Position numbers and translations under genes: made by a program. Of a DNA stretch of 19,284 nucleotides, positions 8,215 through 15,434 are shown piece after piece (positions within the stretch are counted from its first letter, which is position 1; each line of letters opens with the position of its first letter). A model generated the notes under the pieces. That model was not told the DNA's origin. It worked only from the letters and a program-made list of their open reading frames with translations, and did not search any database. Source of the DNA: a virus (taxonomy: Duplodnaviria > Heunggongvirae > Uroviricota > Caudoviricetes); IMG/VR virus record IMGVR_UViG_3300027807_000001, positions 1-19,284 of that record, one strand, 5' to 3'.

Positions 8215-8441
8215 TAGGAAGGTCTCTCATCCTTCAGATCGTCCATCAACTTGATAAAGTGCTCTAGAAGGGCATACGAATCATCTTTTAAATTCTTTTT
8301 TATCTGCTCAAAGGATCTGTCAGACATACCAGAAATACGTGCATAGTCTAACGACTTACCCATAAGCTTCTGCATGAATAGCTTCAGAAGTTGCGCTTCA
8401 GGGGTCCCACTATTATTTTGTTCTTCCATAGTTGTCGCCAA
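8214..8441 (-). CDS. Small hypothetical protein (75 aa from TTG, or 71 aa from ATG 8429), translationally coupled to the protease
   Basis: The stop overlaps the protease start (TAATG at 8212-8216). Helical-looking sequence; weak RBS. Confidence 0.65.
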   Translation of the reverse strand: MATTMEEQNNSGTPEAQLLKLFMQKLMGKSLDYARISGMSDRSFEQIKKNLKDDSYALLEHFIKLMDDLKDERPS

Positions 8442-8470
8442 TAAATCGGTTTTATCCGTAGTAGTAGTGT

Positions 8471-8563
8471 ATCTTACGACAAAATTAACACAACAGGGAG
8501 CGGACTATTTATTATAATGTATTCATACTAATCTTCGACATTTGTTTCTGCAAAGTTTACGAC
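8471..8563 (-). promoter_or_regulatory. Promoter region: two GTCG-TAnnnT elements (8471-8480, 8554-8563) flanking a sigma70-like TTGCAG-N17-TAGTAT (8525-8553)
   Basis: AT-rich 130-bp intergenic gap. GTCGTAAGAT and GTCGTAAACT on the minus strand; -35/-10 pair with exact 17-nt spacing; a TATAAT is also present at ~8511-8516. Confidence 0.5.
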
Positions 8564-8571
8564 ACTTTCGG

Positions 8572-9105
8572 TTAATCGCCAAGACCCGCACGTTTTGTAA
8601 ATTCAACCGCTTCATCTTCCGATAGAAAGTTACGCGTATGTCGGATAGTAACTACTGTCTGCCAAGTACCTGTCCGCTTATTGAATCTAATTTCTTTCCA
8701 TTTAGTGGTCTCTGGTTCTTTCATCTTCGGCAAAAGTTTCTTAGTAGGAGTCTTCGATAATGGCCCCGTAGGAGCTTCTGCAGGAGGAGTCATCTCTTCT
8801 TTGAGACGCTCATCGCCGAAGTCAAGAGGACCTTCTTTGGTAGATGCAGGTGGACCTTTAGGTTTTTCAGGAGCGGCAGTCTTCGCCACACCCGTCATCT
8901 TCTGGTTAACCTGCGAAATAGCTGCATTCATTACATCCCGAAGAAGCTCCACCTCTTCTACCACCTGGGAAGCCCATTCATCCAGCTTTCCCCCCTTATA
9001 CTGGTCAAGAAGTTTCTTATAGGTTTCATCCATAAAATTAACAGATGCTCCCTTTTCGTCTCCCGCTTCATTAGCTGCCTTTGTTATCCAGTGAGGAATG
9101 CCCAT
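8572..9105 (-). CDS. Hypothetical head-region protein (177 aa)
   Basis: ATG with AAGGA RBS, 1 nt from the upstream stop. Helical N-half, Pro/Lys-rich linker and small beta-rich C-terminal module. Confidence 0.8.
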   Translation of the reverse strand: MGIPHWITKAANEAGDEKGASVNFMDETYKKLLDQYKGGKLDEWASQVVEEVELLRDVMNAAISQVNQKMTGVAKTAAPEKPKGPPASTKEGPLDFGDERLKEEMTPPAEAPTGPLSKTPTKKLLPKMKEPETTKWKEIRFNKRTGTWQTVVTIRHTRNFLSEDEAVEFTKRAGLGD

Positions 9106-9106
9106 G

Positions 9107-9340
9107 TTATTTGTCCTTTAAGTCTTTAATAGTAAAGTCGTTCTGCAGCTGCTCCTTGACAGCAGGAAGATCTTTCTCATCAACAGATGCCACAGGAGCT
9201 ACGGCACCTGCGGCTATTAGGTCGCTGATGCATCGGGACCATTCTTCCGGACTTTTCGGGTTGCATTTATTTTTTATTATCCAATCTTCAAGCGCGTCCG
9301 CCAATGCTCCTGCAGTAGTTACTGAGATGAGCGCTTTCAT
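9107..9340 (-). CDS. Hypothetical protein (77 aa, MKALISVTTAG...)
   Basis: Start moved to ATG 9340, 2 nt after the stop of the Com-like gene, which avoids an overlap. Confidence 0.7.
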   Translation of the reverse strand: MKALISVTTAGALADALEDWIIKNKCNPKSPEEWSRCISDLIAAGAVAPVASVDEKDLPAVKEQLQNDFTIKDLKDK

Positions 9341-9342
9341 AT

Positions 9343-9597
9343 TTAGATAAGCACGTCGTTGCACGTGTTGCACACCGGACATTTAATCTTAGCTTCCGAT
9401 GCTTTAACCACGAGATCTACATCCTTACGCTTAACACTCATCATGTCATTGGCAAGTTTGGCGAGCAGCTTTCCGCACTTTGAACATCTAATCAGATTAT
9501 TAGTGCTTACAATCTCATTACGAAGTGTTTCGAACTCCTGCTCACTGGAAACAACTGTCTTAATTTTCTGGGTAGTACCGTATTTTTGTAATGACAT
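9343..9597 (-). CDS. Mu Com-like zinc-ribbon protein (84 aa), putative translational regulator
   Basis: IRCSKCGKLLAK...IKCPVCN matches the two-CxxC pattern of Mu Com (IRCxxCxKLL...I[RK]CPxC). RBS AGAGGA 6 nt before ATG 9597. Confidence 0.75.
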   Translation of the reverse strand: MSLQKYGTTQKIKTVVSSEQEFETLRNEIVSTNNLIRCSKCGKLLAKLANDMMSVKRKDVDLVVKASEAKIKCPVCNTCNDVLI

Positions 9598-9610
9598 AAT
9601 TGATCCTCTA

Positions 9611-12541
9611 CTAGGCTTGTGGGGCTTCTGGTGCAAAAGGCGCCTCTGGCATCGAGGGAGTCTCGGGCATTACAGGGCCACCTGTTTCGACAGGAGATGT
9701 GGACGGAGCAGCCATTTCTGGTGAAGAGCTTTCTTCACCAGCAGGCACAACAGGAGGGGCACCTGCTCCAAGAGACCCTGCGCCTGGGAGCCCTTCAACA
9801 GCCCCTTGCGGCAGTCTCTTATCTCCCTTATCGTAGATGGTGCCGCGTTCTTTTTCAAGGCGAATACCTTCGGTGGTGTAATCAAGGTCAGGGAATTTAC
9901 CAAACAGCGTCTCGGTACTAACAACACCAGCCTTGTACATATCCCAATATAGTTTACGCTCTTGATCTCTCTCTTCTAGGTCTAAGGACTTATACCAGGA
10001 GATAGTAGGGAGAATATACTTCTTTCTTCCATTGACGATTTTAAATAAGTCATTCTTGACAGCAAGTGGTCTAAAGAAATGCTTAATCATCCAGTTCTCA
10101 AACTGGTCTCTAATCGCTTTATAGACCATCATGAGTTTATGGAGAGACATCGTGCGGACGTTTGAAAAGCTAGGACCTTCACCCAAGATTAAGTTCTTGT
10201 TTACGCCCAGACCTACGAGAATTTGATCATGAATATACTGATATTCATTAGTAACCGGGAAGTAAGATCTTCCAGATGTAGAGAGACTCTCGTACTTAAC
10301 TACCGGAGGAAATACAAGCGAGAATGGAGGATTCTGTACCGCTAAGCTAATCGTATTCTTAAACGTTTCGAGTTCTTCTTGAGTAGGCCAGATACCTTGC
10401 GCAGCATCTCCAATCTGCCATAACTCAATAGGAAATACATAACGTTGCGCAAAGGCAGCCTGCGCCAATCGAATCCAATCCTGATAAATTAAGATCTTAA
10501 ACAACGACTGAATAATAGGCGTTCCTCTAGTCGCTGATGGGTCTGTAATACGTCCAATTAGACTTACTGATTCAGAATCTAGCGGTATAAGTCTATTATT
10601 TGCGATAGACTCTTTAACCACATCCGGAATACCTTCTTGGCGCTTGATCGCAGTCGGATCTGAAGACTTAACAATCTGCTTAAGTTCTTCGGTGGGAACT
10701 AATTCAAAATGTGGAGCGTCTTCGAAGATTTCTTGACGGACTTCAACAAGTTCAGGCTCAAGAAGAATAAAGCTAGTCCATCTCCACATATCGTCAGGCC
10801 CCTTTTCCATATTACCAAATGGAATGGCCTCTCCGAACTTCCAATAAGAAAGACTCGCCTTACGAATAAAATCGTAAAGATCAATCGTATCACTGAACGC
10901 TACATCTTTATAAAATTCAGTTACCGAGGGATCTTCTGTGATGATGTCAAACTTAGAGAAAGGATAGTCTGCATGCATCGTGATGATGCTCTGGATATAC
11001 GCTTCAAGATTGAAAAAAATCCTGCAATTGTGTACCAGTACCGGTGCCACGTAAGTATGATCTTCTGTCTGCAGATCGTAGCCCCAGGCGTCTTCCGCAT
11101 AAGTAGTTACTTCGCGAACAGGGAGATAGAAGTTCTTGTCATCTTCTAAATATTTAGTAACTCGCTTCTTTGTTTTGGTCGCCTCGAGATTTTCATATCC
11201 ATCAAAAAGACGACCACACATCTCTCCCGTAATTGTTATATAATAAACAAAAGGAGAGGCGTTTAAAATTGGGGCATCCTGACCGCCGATTTTACCAAAT
11301 TTATAAACTTTACCTTTTGTGTCATACTTAGTCATCGAGCCGAGTACATTTAATTTAGTTAGAAGTAATTGTGTTTGGTACGCAAGCGTTTCGGATACGG
11401 TAGCGAAAGAAATCACAGGAAGCCCCTTTGCATTTTTAGTAAAAGTGCCATCCCCCTTAAAAAGACCCTGCAAAAATGCTTTTACATTCTCGGGAGTTGA
11501 ATTCATTAAGAAGGAGGGGATCTTTTTGTTACGAGCTCCGCGACCAAACTCTTCTTGAAAGATATGCGCTTCTTTTGTGTGCATTCTTAATTGAATTGCA
11601 TTTGCGCAGTGGGAAGAATCTCTTACATACGCAGTACTTGCAAAATTATTCTTTACGATCTCGGCTAATCTATCAAACTCTCCTCGCTCGTCAATATTTC
11701 CCGTTAATCGAATAGTATCTTTATAAGAAAATCCTTCCGCAGCGAACCATCCATAAAAATAAGCTGTTTCTACAGAAACAGGTAGCACTCCTTCGTTTTC
11801 TTCTACGTGTTTAAACTTAGGGTATACCACGAAATCGCCTACTTCCAACTTCTTCGGAGATATCCACTGAACCAAGGAATTCGACAGACCTTTTTCTTGG
11901 TCTGTCATTACAGTTTGTAAGTATCCATCAATTTCAATTTGCGGAATTGATAAAATGTTTGTATCCGCCGCTTCTTTAATCTTTTCGCAAAGTTGCTTAT
12001 AAGCGTATTGTCCTGCGCCGACCCACTTTTTACCTTGCTGAGGCTGCGGACGCTTAATAGCCGTAATTGGATGGTAAGCTCCCAAAGTGAACTCAGGGAG
12101 ACATTGTACTTTAAGAGTAGTCCACTCATTTCCCGCTTCATCAGAAGCAGTGTACATCTTCTTAGAGACCGCTATTACTTTCTGCCACTTACCTGAGGTA
12201 GAAAGAACTTTTTCGCCTGCACAAATATTTTTTATTTCCTTAGCACCTTCTTCTGTAAGGACGAGAGATTCTCCACGGTACATCCATTTTAATATTTCCT
12301 GTCTTGACTTCGGCAGCAGGAAGCTCTCTACGGTCAGCTCGGGGCTATAAAATTGGGAGGGAGTATTTGTGGTTGGATACGCGCCGCCTGCGATAAATCC
12401 ACCCATCCCAGAGGCGCCTGCGTTTGCAGTCTTATCTATCGATCCAGCCTTACTTATTGCGCTCTTATATGCGCTTGTAGATCCTGAAATATACGAACCG
12501 GTCTTTGCTATCCTTGGTGTGCCTTCTTTCCGTTTTCCCAC
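9611..12541 (-). CDS. Portal protein, intein-containing precursor (976 aa; 557 aa if spliced)
   Basis: Between terL and protease; GTG start with GGAG RBS. The rejoined extein LPKSRQEILKW|CRIFFNLEAYIQSIITMHADYPFS and downstream motifs (RGTPIIQSLFK, QRYVFPIELWQIGD, ILVGLG...ILGEG) fit large-phage portals. Ends TAG TAG. Confidence 0.85.
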   Translation of the reverse strand: MGKRKEGTPRIAKTGSYISGSTSAYKSAISKAGSIDKTANAGASGMGGFIAGGAYPTTNTPSQFYSPELTVESFLLPKSRQEILKWMYRGESLVLTEEGAKEIKNICAGEKVLSTSGKWQKVIAVSKKMYTASDEAGNEWTTLKVQCLPEFTLGAYHPITAIKRPQPQQGKKWVGAGQYAYKQLCEKIKEAADTNILSIPQIEIDGYLQTVMTDQEKGLSNSLVQWISPKKLEVGDFVVYPKFKHVEENEGVLPVSVETAYFYGWFAAEGFSYKDTIRLTGNIDERGEFDRLAEIVKNNFASTAYVRDSSHCANAIQLRMHTKEAHIFQEEFGRGARNKKIPSFLMNSTPENVKAFLQGLFKGDGTFTKNAKGLPVISFATVSETLAYQTQLLLTKLNVLGSMTKYDTKGKVYKFGKIGGQDAPILNASPFVYYITITGEMCGRLFDGYENLEATKTKKRVTKYLEDDKNFYLPVREVTTYAEDAWGYDLQTEDHTYVAPVLVHNCRIFFNLEAYIQSIITMHADYPFSKFDIITEDPSVTEFYKDVAFSDTIDLYDFIRKASLSYWKFGEAIPFGNMEKGPDDMWRWTSFILLEPELVEVRQEIFEDAPHFELVPTEELKQIVKSSDPTAIKRQEGIPDVVKESIANNRLIPLDSESVSLIGRITDPSATRGTPIIQSLFKILIYQDWIRLAQAAFAQRYVFPIELWQIGDAAQGIWPTQEELETFKNTISLAVQNPPFSLVFPPVVKYESLSTSGRSYFPVTNEYQYIHDQILVGLGVNKNLILGEGPSFSNVRTMSLHKLMMVYKAIRDQFENWMIKHFFRPLAVKNDLFKIVNGRKKYILPTISWYKSLDLEERDQERKLYWDMYKAGVVSTETLFGKFPDLDYTTEGIRLEKERGTIYDKGDKRLPQGAVEGLPGAGSLGAGAPPVVPAGEESSSPEMAAPSTSPVETGGPVMPETPSMPEAPFAPEAPQA
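11027..12283 (-). mobile_element. Intein with LAGLIDADG homing endonuclease (419 aa), atypical Met at position 1
   Basis: Block A MYRGESLVLTEEG..I..I..GEKVLSTSGKWQKV; block B LGAYHPI; ISPKKLEVGDFV; LAGLIDADG blocks AYFYGWFAAEG, KKIPSFL, AFLQGLFKGDG, TVSETLAYQTQLLL; block F GYDLQTEDHTYVA; block G VLVHN followed by Cys+1 at 11024-11026. Confidence 0.92.
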
Positions 12542-12777
12542 GATTGGTCTCCATAAGAGGAAGTAATTTTGCTTCTAAGGTCTGTTCTTTGTGCCTCTAA
12601 CTTAATTTTTTGTTCTTCAAGTCTAGCGCGAGCATAAATCATACTGTCGAGAGTATGCCCCAGATCATCAATATCCAGATCTTGTGAATAGAGCTGATCG
12701 TATAGCCCGCTAAATACGTCAATTAAATGGGTAAGATGGTCAATTCCATCTGTTACAGCACCAAGGGGATCAGTCAT
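12508..12777 (-). CDS. Hypothetical acidic coiled-coil protein (89 aa) between terL and portal
   Basis: ATG 12777 lies 1 nt after the terL stop and the gene overlaps the portal start by 34 nt. Heptad-like C-half. Confidence 0.65.
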   Translation of the reverse strand: MTDPLGAVTDGIDHLTHLIDVFSGLYDQLYSQDLDIDDLGHTLDSMIYARARLEEQKIKLEAQRTDLRSKITSSYGDQSWENGKKAHQG

Positions 12778-12778
12778 A

Positions 12779-14374
12779 TTAAAGGTACCGTTTATCTCCG
12801 CCGGGTCTACGCTGCACAATGCTAGTGTTAGCAGCGGACACACCGATGCGGAAAGTGGACTGTACTTTATTGAAGGTCATGTTCTTATCGCACGCCCAGA
12901 CAGCAAGAAGATCGGACATACATCCATCATCATGTAACCCCGGAGGCGCAGTGATCTTATCGTTAATACCGACACTCACGATTCTCTCAAGCGCTAACCA
13001 TTGATGATAATGTTTGCGCATAATCTTGTCCCTTTCAACGTGCTCCATCTTTGGGTACTTAACACGCCCAGCTTGCAATTCAAACTGAAACTGATTCGCC
13101 ATTGCGTTCTTATAGTTCTTGTGGGATGTAGGGTCAGTCGTTGAAAATATTACACCGGCCACTGGTATTTTTAACCGCTTGAACATCTCCACGGACGTAA
13201 TACCTACGTTACTGTAGTCAACACATCCAAAGTCGCAAGGAAATAATCCTGTTTGAGGGTGAACAATGCCCGCGATTTCTTCCGCTTGCGCGATCGTTTC
13301 TCCGCCTTGCCATTCCCGTGACCACACCCTCTCTTTCATTCCATCATCTCGGCGTCTCCAGATTGAAAGAGCAGTAAAGTCCAAATCATGTTTTCCAGGA
13401 ACTAACGTACCAGAGCTTGTATCTAGACCGAAGAAATAATGCTCTCCGGCCCTGCCCTGCATAAGCATATCGTGAGTACCGACCAACGTTTCCGGCTCAT
13501 CTCCCCGCAGGAAGGTATTAATGTCATCCATCCAGATCATACCATACTGGGTATTGAACTCCATCTCAGTCATATCACCGTCGTAATGGATTTCTGGATT
13601 ATAGGGGAACATCGCTACCTTAAGAGCTTTCGGCATACGATCCAATACCATAGTAGGATATTTACCTACAACGACTTCTCCGGTGCTAGCCACTGTTTGT
13701 AATTCTTTGTAGCCGGGCTCTAGGAGAATAGGGGCGTGTGCCCAGTCATGAACTAAAAATTTGTACTTATCGTCGGAGTAACTCGCGTAGAAGTGATTTT
13801 TAAAGAGAGGAATACCTATCTTTATTAACTTAGCTATCTTCTTAGATCCAAGCATCGGGATAATACGCTCTGACATAGACGCATTAGATACCCGATGTGC
13901 CTCGTCAACAACCACCACAGAAAAGTGCCAACCTTCCTGCAAGGATGTTTCCGCGGCAGACAGCGCTAAGATATTAGATCCATTTTTAAATATGATCTTT
14001 TCGTTAGTTGTACGATCCCAGTCAATCTGATCTTTGAGTGGAGATACAAAGAGAATTTTCTTGGTTTCCCCAACAAGGCGGGTTGCCTGATCTGCTCTAG
14101 GGCCAAATAGACCCACATCCAGCCCAGGATTGTCCTCACACATCTTTATAAGACCGATACAGACAGAAAAACTTTTTCCGGATCCTCGAGCACCCAGAAT
14201 ACCCAGGTAATTGATATGAGGATTACAGAGATTAGATATAATCTCTTCCTGGTTACTTTTGAGTTCTACATTTAAGAAGTTCTTTGCCCAGCGAACAGGG
14301 TCGTTTACTTGGAGAGTATATTCAGTTGCTTTTTGTAACAACTGCTTCCAAACATCATCTTCAAGTTTTCCCAC
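12779..14374 (-). CDS. terL: Terminase large subunit (531 aa)
   Basis: Walker A GARGSGKS, Walker B VVVDEAH, C-terminal RNase H-like nuclease acidic motifs YFFGLDTS, GCVDYS and HDDGCMS. Upstream of the portal gene. Confidence 0.95.
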   Translation of the reverse strand: MGKLEDDVWKQLLQKATEYTLQVNDPVRWAKNFLNVELKSNQEEIISNLCNPHINYLGILGARGSGKSFSVCIGLIKMCEDNPGLDVGLFGPRADQATRLVGETKKILFVSPLKDQIDWDRTTNEKIIFKNGSNILALSAAETSLQEGWHFSVVVVDEAHRVSNASMSERIIPMLGSKKIAKLIKIGIPLFKNHFYASYSDDKYKFLVHDWAHAPILLEPGYKELQTVASTGEVVVGKYPTMVLDRMPKALKVAMFPYNPEIHYDGDMTEMEFNTQYGMIWMDDINTFLRGDEPETLVGTHDMLMQGRAGEHYFFGLDTSSGTLVPGKHDLDFTALSIWRRRDDGMKERVWSREWQGGETIAQAEEIAGIVHPQTGLFPCDFGCVDYSNVGITSVEMFKRLKIPVAGVIFSTTDPTSHKNYKNAMANQFQFELQAGRVKYPKMEHVERDKIMRKHYHQWLALERIVSVGINDKITAPPGLHDDGCMSDLLAVWACDKNMTFNKVQSTFRIGVSAANTSIVQRRPGGDKRYL

Positions 14375-14383
14375 AGTATCTCT

Positions 14384-14533
14384 TTACGGACGACCCCAAT
14401 ATATCAGAAGCAATGAGGTGGAAGATAATACGGATGTGGATACGATTATGGCGCCAGGGTTGGCTGCAAACCAAGTATTTAAAGTAGCTGCTATGCTGCC
14501 GTTAATTGTAAAAGTTACTGCGTTTAGTTGCAT
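14384..14533 (-). CDS. Small 49-aa protein missed by the ORF track (MQLNAVTFTINGSIAATLNTWFAANPGAIIVSTSVLSSTSLLLIYWGRP)
   Basis: RBS AAAGGA, ATG 14533, TAA 14384-14386. Ends 9 nt before the terL start and fills the intergenic gap on the coding strand. Confidence 0.7.
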   Translation of the reverse strand: MQLNAVTFTINGSIAATLNTWFAANPGAIIVSTSVLSSTSLLLIYWGRP

Positions 14534-14556
14534 GGCTATCTATCCTTTAGAAAGGC

Positions 14557-14602
14557 ACAGCGGCTAAGGCACATGATTAAACATGTCGCGAACGGCCGCT
14601 GT
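14557..14602 (-). terminator. Extended hairpin upstream of the 49-aa ORF and terL (possible weak terminator/attenuator)
   Basis: ACAGCGGC...ACATG-TTTAAT-CATGT...GCCGCTGT: perfect 8-bp outer and 5-bp inner stems, followed only by GCCTTTCT. Confidence 0.45.
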
Positions 14603-14624
14603 AGTTGTTCCCGAATCGGTAAGC

Positions 14625-15110
14625 TTAGCGTCCCGTAAACTCTGCACTCAACGCGAGGTTGTTAATATTCGCCTGCGTAACAGCAGTCGTAGACGAAAGG
14701 AACGGCGCAGCAGGCGTAAAGAGATACGCCAGTACGACGTTGCCCGCGGTAGGAGCAGGATACGTTAATGTTGAAGCGTTAGCAGATGATACAGAAGTAG
14801 CCCAGGAAGTAGTAATAGTTCCCGCTGTGGTACCTGCTGCCCCGGTAGCGATCTGAAGAATACCGATGGTAGCCTGACCCGAAGCAGGGGGCGTGAGAAG
14901 AACTGCTGTCGAAGGAACGTACGTCATCGTTCCCGTACCTTCCGCGTTAGGCTGAGAGATCAGCCCCTCTACAACGTTAACGTGCAAGTCGTTCGTTGAC
15001 GGCGCGAACGCTGAGACAATGTTTGCTACTGTCGTAGCTGCAGCAATAGCAGGTAAGGCAGGGCGCGCATTTTGAGTACAAGAAACGAATAGACCACGAT
15101 ACAATGACAT
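14625..15110 (-). CDS. Probable virion structural protein (161 aa, Ala/Thr-rich)
   Basis: Strong RBS GGAGG; nearly uncharged beta-type composition; YPAPTAGNVVLAYL...VTQANINN resembles segments of phage tail/fibre-associated domains. Confidence 0.7.
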   Translation of the reverse strand: MSLYRGLFVSCTQNARPALPAIAAATTVANIVSAFAPSTNDLHVNVVEGLISQPNAEGTGTMTYVPSTAVLLTPPASGQATIGILQIATGAAGTTAGTITTSWATSVSSANASTLTYPAPTAGNVVLAYLFTPAAPFLSSTTAVTQANINNLALSAEFTGR

Positions 15111-15132
15111 AGAAGACCTCCGTTATTTAACT

Positions 15133-15142
15133 ACTATACGAC
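15133..15142 (-). promoter_or_regulatory. Candidate late promoter element GTCG-TATAGT
   Basis: Lies 22 nt upstream of ATG 15110, which would put a transcription start just ahead of the GGAGG RBS. Confidence 0.4.
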
Positions 15143-15218
15143 TCGACCCGACGGCCTTTTGCCTAACTGGTCGTTTATTACGTACACCTATCCCTGCTAC
15201 GTCTTTGGGACAAATCGT

Positions 15219-15422
15219 TTAAGCGGCAGGTGTCGACACAGCAGGCTCAGGCTTTGCAGCTTTTTCTAAATTAATTAACTCTACAAGTTGCTTGGCTGCC
15301 CCCTGAACTTCAAGGGCTTGCTGGAACAACTTTTGTTTAGTCTCCTCGGCTTCCGTAATCTTAGCCTTAAGGGAGTCAAGTTCCTTAAGCTTGGCCTGGA
15401 GCTTCTCTTCTAATGATGTCAT
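15219..15422 (-). CDS. Small coiled-coil protein (67 aa)
   Basis: RBS TAGGAG; continuous heptad pattern. Confidence 0.8.
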   Translation of the reverse strand: MTSLEEKLQAKLKELDSLKAKITEAEETKQKLFQQALEVQGAAKQLVELINLEKAAKPEPAVSTPAA

Positions 15423-15434
15423 ATCTTCTCCTAA

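Noticed and set aside
11027-12283. Class 3 intein assignment
   Set aside because: The WCT signature is absent: B12 is Ile, F4 is Asp and G5 is Val.
9608-12510. Alternative genetic code or stop-codon readthrough
   Set aside because: All long ORFs are intact under code 11. Nearly all stops are TAA and the portal ends in tandem TAG TAG, so TAG is read as stop.
3560-15188. Shared GGTGTACG 8-mer in intergenic regions (3560-3567, 15181-15188; variant at 5264-5272)
   Set aside because: With roughly 650 bp of intergenic DNA a few shared 8-mers are expected by chance, and the distance to downstream starts is inconsistent.
15143-15215. Structured RNA or terminator in the 15111-15218 gap
   Set aside because: Only 4-5 bp mutually exclusive stems (TCCC/GGGA, CGACC/GGTCG) and no U-tract.
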